From positions 496,001 to 560,000 of the forward strand of contig OZ287085.1 in the NCBI GenBank assembly GCA_965645245.1: DNA of 64,000 bases. Reading direction: 5' to 3'. The notes below the pieces were generated by a model. It worked only from the letters and a program-made list of their open reading frames with translations, had not been told where the DNA came from and searched no databases. Shown piece after piece: positions 50,306-64,000 of this stretch. This DNA comes from Massalongia carnosa. Taxonomy: Eukaryota. Each line of letters begins with the position of its first letter. Position 1 is the first letter of the stretch. The translations under genes were made by a program, and so were the position numbers.

Positions 50306-52478
50306 TAGATTTCAGGCAGTTGATAAATCTAAGGTTTGAAAACGTGGATCTTGTTTGCTCCTTCCGCGTTTTCAGAGTACTCCCTAGAGCAAAGTATATA
50401 CATTATTGCAAAAAGAACTCTATTCGCAAGCTCGCTCTTCCTCAGCTAAGATCCGTTCATGTTCTCTCTCGCCATAAACCTCCCCGTTGAGGATCCAGTC
50501 ATCATTGTCATCGGTATTGTCTTGAACTCTCCGCCATGTGCTCCCGTCAGATTTCTGCGCATTATCATCAACGGCTTCATGCTTGACAACGCTGTCCTTT
50601 CGGTTTTCATACAAGCTGAATGAATTCCCCAAGTAACGTGTTCTTGCTGAAAGCCCCGTTTGCTGTTGCTATTTCTTGAAAATTGACACTCCTATATTCC
50701 GGGTTCCGTGCCCTCCCGATCGTTTGATCTTTCGACCTGAGCCATCTCCTTCACAAATTTATCCCCTACGAGATCGACGTTCATAACCACCTCTCTCTTT
50801 TTATACTCTAGCATCGCGTTCTACTCCTACTCCTACAATATCTTTAACTATCGCTTTAGCTACCCCGCGCGCTTTTTGAGACTGCTCCACATGCTGAAGC
50901 CGGAGATCGGTGTCTCGAAGTCGGCCACCTTGTCAGTGATATGTGTGCGACGAGCGTTTTCGTATTGAGACGCCAATAGGTTGTCTCGATGCTGACGGGC
51001 GAGGTTCCAGATCGACTTCGTGGTTGAAGCACTAGGTGATGTATTGGGTTTAAAAGTCGAGTTTGTGGGAGGTGTAGCAAAGGTGCAAGGAGCCTGAGAG
51101 ATGTTCACCCTTCGGTGCGAGGCATTGTTGAGAGATGTTTTTTTCGACGCCGCGCTATTCTCGCAAGGCACAGATCATAATTGTTACATCCTCCGATGAA
51201 AGTAGCGGGTGCGAGCAGAAGATGGAAGAATCCATACGATTCTTCACAGAGATGATTTCCCTGCAATTGAGACAGTGTGATGTAGTCGCCAATAAACGAC
51301 GTCGTGTGGCCAGGCAGTCGCAGCGACGTGCCGCGAATGTAGAGACACGAGACGGTGTAAGCTTTTCGCGAATGGGTTACGGGTACGCTGACGGGACAAA
51401 TATGCCTATCCGTGACCCATACTTTCGCTCGGTCGTAAGCGAGGCCGACCGAGCGAAAGTGGATAATTTCTCATCCGTCTCTGCGCTACTTCCTGGTGCT
51501 CTTCACGATCCGCACGTACAAATCGGCAAATGATGGCTCTCTCGCTGCAGGGTCTGGGCCTTTTGGAGTGACCGACAATCAGAATTGGGCCGACACTTGA
51601 GATTCCACTGGGATGGTTTTACGCTCGGTCAATATACAGCGGGATATATCCCACGGTGCCTTTTACATGATTAAATAACCTCGTCAGCATTCGAAATTCC
51701 AACCCAGTCAATCGAGTTTCCTCTTGAAATTTTATAGGAAGAGTTTAGGTATTTCAAGCAAGATCTTCGACTTAAAGTTAGTTGACTCCTGCCGCCTCTG
51801 CAAGGTTTTCCCGCAAGTCCGCTTCCTCGAAATAACTATAAAAGAAATATGATTCTGAAACACGAGATACAGTTTCAAAAAACCTGGTGATGTTCGTTTA
51901 TCTTTTGCGTGATACTTCATCTCGGGGGCTAAGGGATCTTAAATGCTAGAATTTTCTTTCTATCGAGTAACTATCTTGTCTTCATCATCGGGGCAGTCAG
52001 TCTTTCCTTTGATAAATATTGGCCTTCGTCATCAGCCTACGCCCTCAGTCTACGCCATCCGATGTCTGTGTCTCTGGTGCCTCCCAAACCACCGCACAAC
52101 AACGGAGACATTTGATTTGCTTTCCCATGAGCAAATGACCCCAAGGACCCAGTACTACACATATACTCTGTACTTACTTTTGTAAGGAGATGGCGTCCCT
52201 TGCCGTGTCATCCCGTCCCGTTGCGCGGCAAGGCAGAAAAGCTTCGGAAAATTCGTTATTTTCTTTCGACGGTACCGAAGCCGCTTCTTAGCGGAGAAGA
52301 GGTTCGATTGACGTACCAAGTGAAGCTGTCGCTGTGAAGGATCGAGCTAACGCGTAAGCTGCCGCTACTTGGAGTGTTTTTATAGCTTCTCGGAACAAGG
52401 AAGAGGAAGGTTTCTCTTTCAATTACCTTTTTGGTATTACATCTAGAAAAATTATCTTTGCTACATAACCTATTCAAA

Positions 52479-53540
52479 ATGCTTTTTACTCCTGAGGCTC
52501 TCCTCATCTTTTCACTCCACATTCTATCAATCAACTCCGCATCAAGCGCCGTGGCGGCGGGATTCGATCTCAATCTTGATGATGCGTTATCGGCAGATTC
52601 GACGAATATGTTCCTTGATGATAAGGTGAATAGCGATTATTTCATGACCTCTGCCGGATCAACGAATCTGTTGGGTTCGGAAAGAGTAACTCTCGATTCC
52701 GGTTCTGACTGGAACTAGGAAAACATGCTCGCCGGAAACATAGGAACCGGCAAGTCCTGTCGCGCCGAAGATATGCAATTATTGCCCGCGGTTGGCAGGT
52801 TGAGAGCGCGACAACCGAGGGGATCACAATCGGGAAAGGGGAAAACCTGCGAGACGGAACAGCAAACCCCGGACGAAACCCCGGACGAAAATCCGGACGA
52901 AAACCTGACCCCGTTTCTGGAGCAATTGCAGAAAGTGGAGGAACTCGCGCCTCCGCTAGTCGAGGGCAGATCGGATATCTGCCCCCCGTGGGAATATGCC
53001 GAGCGCGATATCCCGCTATGTAGCTCAGGTAATCCGCGTGACGAAAAATCTATTCCGGGGGATCTGGGGATCATACTTAGAAACGCGATCGCTTGTAAGT
53101 CTTTGCTTGAACTTGAGACGGGTTTCACTATCAACTCCGGCGGCAGCACTGGAGCTATCAATATTTATTACAATCCGCCTTCTCGGTGCACGCGCAGATG
53201 CTGATGCAGATTTGTTATGATCTCTAGATCGTGGAGGTTGCATTAAGCCCGAAGTGCTCTTCTGCTGCGATTCATTTTCTCTCTCCGTAAGACTCCTCAC
53301 CCGATCAAAGAATAACCTTGCCCCTAACACACTGTTTGCCCTAGGAACCCGGATGGAACGTTGGTGTAAGTTTCTTCCATCTTCATCCTCAATTTCCTCT
53401 CTCCCAATTTCTTCAAAACGGGTTTTCTCCTACAAGACCCTAATATCAGACTAGGAAATACCCGGATGGGGTATCACGGGATATAACTGTTTGCACGGAC
53501 CAGGAGAACAGAACGCCCCCCGATCTTTCTGAGTGATGAG
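52479..53540 (+). pseudogene. Small secreted cysteine-containing protein gene with one premature stop
   Basis: Signal-peptide-like MLFTPEALLIFSLHILSINSASSA; TAG at 52716-52718 in frame with ORF 52725; probable intron 53095-53228 then GCIKPEVLFCCD; 3' exons uncertain. Confidence 0.55.
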
Positions 53541-54549
53541 GGCCTACCCATCTCGTTTCGGAACCACAAAGGGCTTGTGACAGATGGAAAAGTGAACAGA
53601 GGCGGCTTTGCATGCAAATTCAGCTTTAGAAGAAAGACATTAGACTTTCTTGCAAGCTTATTGAAGAACGAACGAACATCGAGAACGAACATGGAGAAGG
53701 AAGGGAGAGAAAGATTTCAACAAAGATGTCACAATCTTCTCCTAGGCATAATATCGTTTATTACCCCTCATAGCCCTCGCCTCAATAGATTCTCATCCAT
53801 TCTCTCTCCCTCTCATCACGAAACCCATAACCTACTTATCAGATCAAGTGATCAATCAATCAAAACCTTATCCTTCGCCTGAGCCTGCTCAGCTAAAATG
53901 TCAGAATACGTAGACACTACTTTCAGTACTCTTGACACAAGCTTTATCAGAGTGTTCGCACTTGAGGCTAGAATTAAACACAGTTCGTTAATCTTATCAT
54001 GGGTTGTTCTATTATCATTATCAGATCCAGTTTCTACAACGTGAGCATGCTACGACGATTTCTTTAGAAACTGACAAGAAATCTCGCGAATACGCTGACC
54101 GTCATGACAATGATGACATGATAAAAGCGGTATCGTCTCGAGTTCAATATTCGAGACTTCAGGACGAAGATTTGGTGCAATTTTGATTCACAAAAGTGCC
54201 AGAGAAAATTGATGACTGCGTGGAGATTCAAGCAAATGAAAACATCACAACTTTTCCTTCCTGGCCTTACGGTAAGGTCGAGGATGTGAGTTAAAGCTTT
54301 AGGCCAGGACGAAGGGCACGCCACTCTGCTCGTGTGAAAACTGCGAAATGTTTTCGATTGACGTACATTCGTAGATATTATTCGATCGTTTGATTTATTT
54401 TTCTGTTTGTTCATCGGTTTAAGAATGATAAAACGTTGATAATTTTAACTTCATTTTTATTTTTCGATTAAGAGGATTAAAAATTTAATAATAAATAAAT
54501 AATTTGCTTCTGTTCGATATTATTTTATTTAAAAAATCTTCGAAAATGA

Positions 54550-57500
54550 TCAACCCACTCGCACAAGACCGCGAGAAACGCAAGAAGGAGCAAGAGGAGA
54601 AGATAAAGCTCTTGGGAGCAAAGATAGATGAGTACTTAAAGCCCGGTAACAGCGTAGGAGACCCGGTGGCGCAAACTCTGTTGAAGGACGTTGCAAGCCC
54701 AGCTTCACATTAATTCGGTAAAACGAAGACACCGTCACGGTAGCAGAGTCCCTACGGGACATAAGAAACGCACTTAATCGCATGGAAGGCATCAAAAAGA
54801 ATAGCGAGCCCCCCACAAGCTACGCCGCCGCGGCCACCCCGCTGGCGCCCCAGAACCAGGCCGGGCAAAGCCCGACGTACAATCTTAAGCACCCCAAACC
54901 CCAAAAAACCAAAGAGCCATTCCCCAGTGAGGCCAAAAGGGCCCGGGAGAACACACTACGAATCACGAACGAGGCCGATCGAGAAAGAGTGAGACAGATG
55001 CCCACTCAGGAGTTGGTGGAATCGCTGCAGAAAAACGTCGAAGGGATAGTGGGAATATCGCGACTTACAAGCGGAGACATACGAATTCACGCAGAATCAG
55101 CAGAGGTCAAGAAGACCCTACATGAAAACACTGAATGGATCACCGCGATTGCGGCGTCTGCTACAGTCCAACGCCGCACCTATGCAGTACGAGCTAGCGG
55201 AGTAAAGATGGCACATATCGATGCCACCAATCAGAATCAAACCATACAGTACTAGTACCTGCAGGCAGCTAACACACGATTACACTCAGGCCTAAAAATC
55301 ACGAGAATCGCCTGGTCGTTCAGGGCCATAAAAGAAAAGAAGACATACTCGTCGCTGCATGTAGAAGTAGAGACTCCCACGATGGCGAACCGCCTCATCA
55401 CCGAGGGCTTCCGCGTCGATCATGAGATTAAGAATTGCGAAAAATTCGTAAAAAGTTGCAAGCTAACGCAGTGCTTCAACTGCTATAAATATGGACACAT
55501 AGGAAAACGCTGCCGCAACCCAACGGCGTGCGGGCTCTGCGCCAACGGGCACTCGACCAACGAATGCAACCCAGAAACAACAGGTAAACACAAAAGGTGC
55601 CCATGCTGCGAGGAGAGAGGCCACGTAGCGTGGGCCCCAACATGCAAACTCAGATTACTAGAAATGAGCAAGATAGAGAAGGCCAGGAAAAGCTCACCCC
55701 AGCTCTTCGTCACGGGCGACCCGATCGTAGCACGGTCATTCATCTTCTTGTCTCAAACCTCAACGGACAAGGAATGCAGCGCAACACCAGGGGAGGCAGC
55801 GGAGAGACCCGTCAACGGTGCCTGAAAGGTTGTCACCAGCAAGAAAAGGAAAACCACCCCAGCGGGTTCCCAAGAAGTCTCCTCGGCAGGTCCCAGCCGC
55901 GTAGCGGGCATGTCATGGAAGGGCACGGAGATCATGAAACCCGTGAACATGCAAAGAGCGATGGCGAAGCCCACTCTTGGCAGACCACCAAACACACCAA
56001 CCGCAGCAACACCCGCCCCGTCCCGCACGGATCCCGCCCCCCCCCCCCCGCCGACCTCTGAATCATCTCCCTCCCCCGCCGACCCAGAATCGGACCACCC
56101 CACCGCCCTGGCAACGGACGTAATGGAAGAAGGAGATTTATGAAGGACACAAACTCCATTAACATACTACAGTACAACGTCAGAAATGATCGAGTAAGCA
56201 CAATGATTCCACTTTTGGCAGATTTAAACAAGCAGGACTACGATTTTATAGCAATACAGGAACCGCGGAGCATGCACGCTCCCACAACGCTCAGCTCACA
56301 TCAAAGCGGATTTCACCTCCTGTATCGTCCCGGCGGTGACACACGTATGTTTTTACGTTAACGAGAAAATAGACCCGGAAAGCTGTGAAGTAGAATTCCC
56401 TACCGCAGATCTATTCACGTTGAAATTGAACGTGTGTACCGATGGAGTTACAAAAGTGCTGCACATTCATAACGTGTACAACCCGTCCCGGTCCTATTAT
56501 TCATCCACAGACAGCCCGTCCACACTCCCCGTCGTACGCCAGCAGCTTGCCGCAGATGCACAGCACGTTCTTCTCGGCGACTTCAATCTTCACCACCCCT
56601 TTTGGAATGGAATCACAAGGCCAACACAACACGTAGCCGCAGATCAGTTATTGAATATAGTAGAAGAATTTGACCTCTCACTGACGCTGCCCAAAGGAAC
56701 CGTCACGTGGGAGGCCCGGAACTCTTTTAGCACTATAGATCTAGTATTCATGTCGGAATTTCTGGCGGAAAGACTGGAACACTGCATGTCAAGACCGGAA
56801 ATGAATCAATACTCTGATCACATTCCGATATCCACTTCATCTTCTCGGGAGTGAACAGCTAACGAAAGTAAAGCGCAGAGCATGGAAGCTACTGAACATG
56901 GAGAATTTGAGGGAGGCTGAAAGCAACGCCCCGCCCGTAACCCATCCCCACTCAACCGCAGAAATAGATCAGTACGCTCAGACAATTCAAAAATTCCTGC
57001 AGAAAATCATAACCGCCTCCGTCCCCTGGGCCAGACCTAGCGAATATGCGAAACCCTTTTGGAACGAAGAATGCAACCGCGCCACCCGCGAGACTCGCAA
57101 ATTGCGCCGCTTCTGGTCGTCATTGCGCCACTTAGACGACTAGAAGGCATATATGAAGTCCAACGACAAGAAGCAAAAGATAATCCAAAAAGCAAAAACG
57201 CTCTCATTTCGCAAAGAGATAAGCAAAGCCACAGAGTCGCCGTTGGGCATATGGAAGCTAGCAAGATAGGCAAAAGACAAGAGTCAGAAGCCCCGCGAAA
57301 TACCGAAAATGCCGCCATTGAGGCACGAAGGGCAAACAGCGGAGACGTTCGAAGAAAAAGCGGAAATGCTGAAAGCCAAATTCTTCCCCCCCCCCCCGCC
57401 GGCCGACTTGAGCGACATACCCGGGTCGTTTTACCCCGCCGCCGCGGATTGCCCCATGACAATCACAAATGACGAAGTGATCGCAAACATACAACGTCTT

Positions 57501-59690
57501 AAGTCCGACAAGGCTCCGGGCCCTGACGGGATCACCAAGAGAATTCTCAAGGCATGCTCCACAAGCTAGCAGAGCTGCTAACCCCTTTATTTCAGGCTTG
57601 CGTCGCGCATGCGTATCATCCCCGCGAGTTCAAAAGAGCAAACACGATCGCGCTCAGAAAACCGGGAAAGAAAGACAATACCAGTTCAAAGGCATACAGA
57701 CCCATAGCTTTACTGAACACAATGGGTGGGGTATTAGAAGCAGTCATCGCAAGGAAGATCACTCATACAGCGGAACAGCACCAGCTCCTGCCGGACACAC
57801 AAATGGGTGCTCGGCGTAGCCGATCTACCGAGTCTGCGCTCGAACTCCTCACCGAACAGGTACACACTGTATGGGGACAAGGCAACAACAAGGTGGCAAC
57901 TCTCCTCAGCATGGATGTAGCAGGCGCATTCGACAAAGTGTCTCATCGCAGGCTGATACATAATCTGCGAAAAAGGAAAATCCCGAAATGGATCACAGAC
58001 TGGACGGCAAGCTTTCTGAAGGAAAGAAGAGCCACGCTAACGATAAGTAACCGAGGAGTTCGCGGTGCGCACGGGCATTCCTCAAGGCTCACCCGTTTCC
58101 CCTATTCTCTACCTGTTCTACAATGCGGAACTTTTAGAGATATGTGAGAGACCCGGCACAAATACGAGCGCGCTAGGATTTGTAGACGACGTAAATGTGT
58201 TGGCATACGGCAAGAGCACGGAAGAAAACTGCAGAACCCTCGAAAGAATTCACAGAAAATGCGAACTATTGGCGGCACGCCACGGGTCCGTATTTGCACC
58301 GGATAAGTATGAGCTCATCCATTTGTCCAGAAATCCAAAGAAATTCGACATGTCGGCTACTAGTCAAATAGAAAACAACATAATAGAACCGAAAACGGAC
58401 ATACGAGTTCTGGGCCTCCAAATCGACACCAAATTGAAATGGGGAGCCCAGATACAGAAAACACAGGAAAAGATGACGTCGCAGTCGCTGGCACTCACAA
58501 AAAGTTCGACATCCACCTGGGGAGCTTCTTTCGCGAAGGCCCGGCAGGTTTACACCGCAGTCGTTCGCCCGGCAATGATTTATGGAAGCACCGTGTGGCA
58601 CACATCCAGGGAAATCAAGAAAAACAAGGCCACGACGTCCAAACTCAGCGTCATGCAGAACAAATGCTTACGCACCGTGACAGGGGCGTTTAAGGCAACA
58701 CCCGTCGAAGTTCTCGAAGCGGAAACGTTCATCGCCCCCATGGAGTGGCATCTGGACAATCTACAGATCAAAGCAAGGTATCGTCTACGGGCCGCAGGGC
58801 AGGCGAAACTAATTTCCAAAGCCTGCAACACAATAACGAACAAGCTACGGGGTAAGGCAGGACGCAAAAGAACGCAACACCTCACCCCAGGAGAGTTGAA
58901 ATACGAATGGGCCAGCAAAATGTTGAATAACGAGGCACCAGTCACAATGCCCCCATCGCCCCCGCCCTGGTCCACACCCGACCCGGCGCACCTCGAAAAA
59001 TGCACCACGACACGCCATACCATAGAGAAACACACAAAGGCCACCACAGAACGCATCAAGGAACGCTGGGAATCCAAATGGAAGACGTACCAGAACCGCA
59101 TTCCCCGCCCGACAGAGGCACAGTTGGGATCTCTCAGTAGGACGAGACTGAAGATTCACAACAACCTGATGAAAGCGGAAAGCGCGCTAACCACGCAAAT
59201 CCGCACCGAAAAAATAGGCTTGGCAAACTTCCTATTCAATCGTCGGGTACCGGGCCTTATGACCCCGGCCTGCTCGTGCGGATGGCAGAAGCAGACAGCC
59301 AAACACATCATTCTACATTGCAGGCTAATCGACGGCAGATACGAAGTACTAAAACAAATAGGCACCAACGACTATCGAACGATCATGAGCTCGTCGAAAA
59401 TGTTGAAAAAACTAACCACATGGATAATAAAAGTAAATTTGCTGACCCAATTTTCACTAGCATCGCAACTGTTATACGAGTGATGACTCTCATTTTGTCA
59501 AGGGTTTCACAGAACATCGAGCGAAGAATACAGTCCAGAAACGGAACACGTTTGGGATAATGGTGCAGTCTGCATAGTTTTTATCCCTTTAAAAGGGTTT
59601 CCCTGTAAGAAAAAGTAGATAGCCCGCATGGGCCGGCCTTCGGCCGGGGTCAGATCGGTATAAGAATCAATAATCATTATTATCATAATC
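54550..59690 (+). mobile_element. Tad1-like LINE retrotransposon, near full length and disrupted
   Basis: ORF1 (about 54550-56143) with three CCHC-type knuckles; ORF2 56140-59483 with AP endonuclease (ILQYNV, IQEP, GDFNLHH, SDH), RT (GIPQGSPVSP, FVDD) and C-terminal CxC...H...C; AT-rich ATC/AAT tail. Confidence 0.92.
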
Positions 59691-60049
59691 ATGATGTCAT
59701 TCGATACAAATATTTTATCAAAATCAATTGTTATTTTATCTTTTACTTCAATCCTTAAACGTGAGCGAGATAAATTCAGAAAGCATATTTATGTGAAACA
59801 CATATTGTTTCTGTTCTTCGACAAAGCTTTAATTGAATTAAATCCTGTTCATACATCTGAAAACAAACATGCAGAGAATTCACATGTTCTGTTAATCAGA
59901 ATTCTAGAAAAAGAAGAATCTTCAAAACTGCAGAATTATGATGTACTGTCTTGTCTCGACGTTGTTGAATTACAGATATACAATCCGATCATAAAATGTT
60001 CTCATTCAGACAATTGAAGTCATTTTAAGAACAAGATCCGCCTTCGGCA

Positions 60050-60577
60050 TACCGTAACAAGAGCTCAGTTAGGCCTAGTGCTACCTGCTAGCCTGGCACG
60101 CTATCGCGGACATGACTACTCTGACATCGGCATCTGCGAGTACAAGACGAATCGGGAGCGTATGACTCGATGGATAAGCGATGACAACACAGGAAGGAGT
60201 GGGACGGGAGAATCTCATTGGATATTATGAACACATCAGCGTTGATTTAGAGGAACAGTGATCAGACGTGATCAGTCTGCCTAAAGGGGAAATCTACCGC
60301 GGTAGATTTAGCGATACGGGACATCGCTGCGGTCGGCATAGTCTGATCACCTCTGATCACCTCTGATCACCTGTACCCTGCACCTTGTTTTGGAAAGGGC
60401 TTGGACTGCTATATATACGCTCGTTATGTCTAGATAGGAACAGCAGTGTTCAACTACTATAGCTTATCAATAGCTCGTATAGAGTCTTAGCAAAGATAAT
60501 CGCTCTGAAGTCTGCTCTCCATCTTTGCCAAGCCTCCATTCCCCTGTGGCGGAAAGACAGCCCCTTGAAATCTTACA
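60050..60577. mobile_element. Probable solo LTR or non-coding repeat within AT-rich decayed DNA
   Basis: GC-richer island with TATATATA, tandem TCTGATCACC and a ...CTTACA end; no TSD found. Confidence 0.35.
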
Positions 60578-61199
60578 TCAGTCATCATTTATCAATTTCA
60601 GTTATGTTTGCCCTTGTCGACAATACTCGAACTCAAGCTGCTGATAAGACGTTTCTACGTTTCCTTTATTTCAGAAATTTCAGTTGCGGTTGACAAGAAG
60701 AGAAGGAAGCTGCTAATGTGATGATGTCATTCTTTCTCCTTCATCATCTATTAAGTCCATGTTTTACAATCCTTGATGACAAATCACTGTTAATGAAGAG
60801 TCGAGAGCTTCTACATTATCAGAACTTTCGAGGAACTTATCTGTTGCGCCGTTCGCTGTCCAAGACCGTGCGAACGAACAACAAGTGACATTCTCATCCT
60901 CGCTTGAAGAAGCATCCACTTTCTAGTCCTGTGTCCTCCTCGACGTCCCGACTGCAGTTGCGCATGTACATCGGCTCTCGCTGCATTTATTTCCGCAGCA
61001 TGCTCTCGGTAATTCGCGGGCTCCATCGTGTCAGCTGAACATATACATAATTTCTATCTATGTTTGGGCAACTCTCCCCTCGCTGCTGCCCTGCTGGCGC
61101 TCGGTTTTTCTGAGGGACCCTCCTATAATGGCTTTGTTTTGGCAGCAGTGAGGGGAAAAACTCCCAACCCCAAGCAGAAAATGGCCCACCTACGGTGGT

Positions 61200-64000
61200 G
61201 CTGTTCGGAACGTGGTGGGGGGTCGTTGAAAACGAAGGGAGGTCGCTATTAATTGGTCCGGGTGTGTCTGAATGTACAATTAATACGAGTCTGATTTCCA
61301 TCAGCCCAAGGTCTGAATATCTTCCTCTAGCAAGCTCAAGTTCTTGGCCGTTGTTGCTGCACCCCGTCGAACGAATGACCCGAGTAACTCCCTCGGACGC
61401 CAATTGCCCGGAGGCCACTCCGTAGAGCCTACACTAAATATTCACGAGTGAAGGCCCTGTCCTGAACTTGGAACAATGGGGGCGATGCTGGTTTCGGGAA
61501 TCGGGTAAACAAGTTCCGAATAGAGGTGATCGTGCATACTTCGTCGATTATTGCTACGATAAAAAATTTCCTATCCCTTCCGAAAGAGTCCGTCTTGGAT
61601 GACGGTAGGGAAAGGATTATTCGATTCGCTTGTAGATCCACCGATTTCCTAGTTAAATGTCATGAATCGAAGCTGAAGTCTTGCATTTCTCCCTGTTTGT
61701 AGGTAAATTCTCCCGCTCTTAAGAAGGCGGCAAATGCGATGCTGTATGCTGCATGAAGTGTTGCCTGGACCTCGTCGGTAGTGTCAAGTTTCCGTAGCAA
61801 TTTTATCAAAACGTTGCGTGTGTTTGGTAGCCTTTTTCGTCTTTCTGGTTCACCGTGCATTCGTTTTATTCCCGCTATTATTCTTTCTAGGACTGGATGG
61901 TGAAAGACCTCCAGGTCCACTAGGCCCATGTCCAATTGGCTCGATCGTACTCCAGCTAAATAGTTTTTGATGGTTTTGGGGCGGAGCCCTCGCTGACCCA
62001 GGGCGGCTATTCATGCCGAAAGACTTCGAATTGTCGTTGGAAGGGGAGAGAAATTCGTTGCCAATTGATAGTGGGTCGTGTAGCTTTTCCGGGCTGCATC
62101 GTATAGCCCTCGAGTCCTAATTGCTATGCCTCACCATAAATATCTGGCTGCTCGGCGATCCAGCGGAACATCGCTATACCAAGTCTCTGGGGGGTCGCGG
62201 GCTAGTGACGCCGTTATTTGTTCGATAAAATGCCTTGTAGGTTGGGGTAATTGTCAGCGATTTTTCCAAATAGTCCTCGGGACAACCAATCTGCTAAGAA
62301 ATTTCCTTTGGTAGACAGCCAGTGAGGTTCAATCTCATTGTCATATTTGCCGCCATCATGGCGATATTCCGGGGGGGATGCATGGCCCCGCCCCGAATGG
62401 AGGTCTTTTTGACCCCGGACATTACAGCAAAGCTGTCGCAATAAAGAAGGAGATGGGCTCCCTTGCACAGGGGGAGCCACCGCCGTATGGCGTGCAGAAT
62501 CGCTGTCATCTCCTTCTCATTGATATGTTTGGCTCTGAGCCTGGTGATATAACATTTAGAAACCACTTGCTCAGCGGGCAATATGTGTGTGATCTGACCA
62601 CCATGAAGTATGTATGCCCCGATTGCGAAGTCCCCTCTGACATCCATCCAGAGACAGAGCAGGGGTCTCGAAGGGCTAATAATGTGTATGCCGTTCCATA
62701 ATGGAAGGAAATTATGCCACTATAAAAGATCAGCTTTTATGTGAGAATTGATATACATAAATGGGCGCGCGGGCCCGATTTTGCAGTTGAAAAGGCGTCG
62801 GAGAAAAGTTCTTTCCGGCACCAGCGCTTTGGCTGCAAAGCCTAGAAATCTTAGCAAGAGTGTCTAGCTTGTTTCTGGTTATCGTGGATTTATTCAATGT
62901 TGTTTGGACGAGATCGTTAGCTTTCTGAAGCTTTTCGGCCGGTAGTCGTGCCTGCATGAGGTGTGTGTCCAGCTCGATGCCTAGGAATTCGACTACCGTG
63001 CATTGTCTATTTTTCTTATCGTTGATTTTTAGGCCGAGGTCTGAACAATTAATCATCATCCAGTTCAGACATTTCGCGAATATGTCAAACAAGAAGGGAG
63101 ACGTCCTGAGGCCGAATGGAAGAAAGCGTTCCATCAAGTAAACCGCGTTTCAACAAAAACCCAGCAACCACCAATCGCTTTGCGCCACTGGAACGTGGCG
63201 AAAGGCATCGGCTGGATCTCGTTTGATCAGTACGCAGTCCTTGCCCATTCTTCTGACGCCGGCGAGGGCTTCGTCGAAAGTGATATATTCCAGAGCGCCC
63301 AATCTTCGGGAATGAAGTCGTTCACCGAATTACCCTCGGGGTGGGAGAGGTAATGAATACGGCGCCATCCTCCGTTTACTTTGGGGACCAGGCCTAAGGG
63401 GGAGCATATATATCTGGTTGGTAGGGTGGGTACCTCGATCAATCGGTTCTTGGCCCTCTGGTCCTCTACGTCCATGGTCAGAATTTCTGGGCCCGCGTTG
63501 GCCGAGGCCAGGTTGTTGCTTAGAATGAACTGATCTGGGCCGGTGTAAACAATCTTGGCCCCGTACATGATTATATCGTGAATGGTCTGTTTGTAATTTT
63601 TTTCCGGATGACCCATGAGGTGAAGTTCCCAGCCTTCTTTTCTTAGAGGCCCTGAGGGTACGATTGCTGATTTATCTATCAGCGGATAGGGGAATCCTTC
63701 GGCGATATGATCAAATGGGCCGGCTAGTCAATCTCATCTACCCGTTGACATGAAATTTGGGTTGCTGATAAGTGCCTTGGGGCAGTTGTTTTTCGTGTGA
63801 TGGCCGAAACAGAGACTGCAGACGTGAGGGTACCTGCAGTCCTTGCATTCCCGCCCTGCGTTGTATCGATTGTAGGAGATGGGCTTTGATTTAGTGGAGC
63901 CGCCTACCGGGATTGATTCCGGGTGCTGTTTGGTGGTACCTCCCGTCATGTACAAGTTAGGTGTCCGTCGAGTAAGGTACATGTTTTCGATGGTGGTGTC
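61200..64000 (-). mobile_element. Tyrosine-recombinase (DIRS/Ngaro-type) retrotransposon, degenerate, running off the window end
   Basis: gag Cys/His finger (63734-63982), RT (SPLGLVPK, WRRIH, LPFGLRTSP, FLGIELD), RNase H (HINEKEM, CDS, NFLADWLSR), then YR (AFLRAGEF, SKTD, HSFDG/HSFRRG-like region near 61370). Confidence 0.88.

Noticed and set aside
49600..52400. Several short ORFs
   Set aside because: No recognisable domains or consistent gene structure; treated as intergenic

Overview
Eukaryotic, filamentous-ascomycete-type DNA (short GT/GC-AG introns with CTAAN/CTGAN branch sites, and RIP-like CpA>TpA changes). About three quarters of the window is nested transposable elements. The main host locus (3441-8025) is a head-to-head pair: an NB-ARC/TPR NLR with near-identical 126-bp repeats and a SesB-like alpha/beta-hydrolase. 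Only after manual splicing does a shared Gly/Asn/beta-branched motif appear, at the NLR N-terminus and at the hydrolase C-terminus. This fits a fungal amyloid-signalling receptor/effector pair, with a motif lacking the usual G-x-Q-x-G core. The mobile elements include a near-intact 6.0-kb AcademH-like transposon (DUF6589-type transposase plus RecQ-like helicase, 8-bp TSD) and a 22-kb-spanning IS630/Tc1-type element with unexpected CAC termini and a 5-bp TSD. There are also a 571-bp self-priming TRIM, two hAT elements with MITEs, Tc1/pogo elements, Copia and chromoviral Gypsy LTR elements, many solo LTRs, a piggyBac relic, a Tad1-like LINE and a tyrosine-recombinase retrotransposon. Other host genes are a DXO/Rai1-motif protein and a small secreted Cys-rich (pseudo)gene. 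Family assignments come from motif recognition by eye; no database searches were run.
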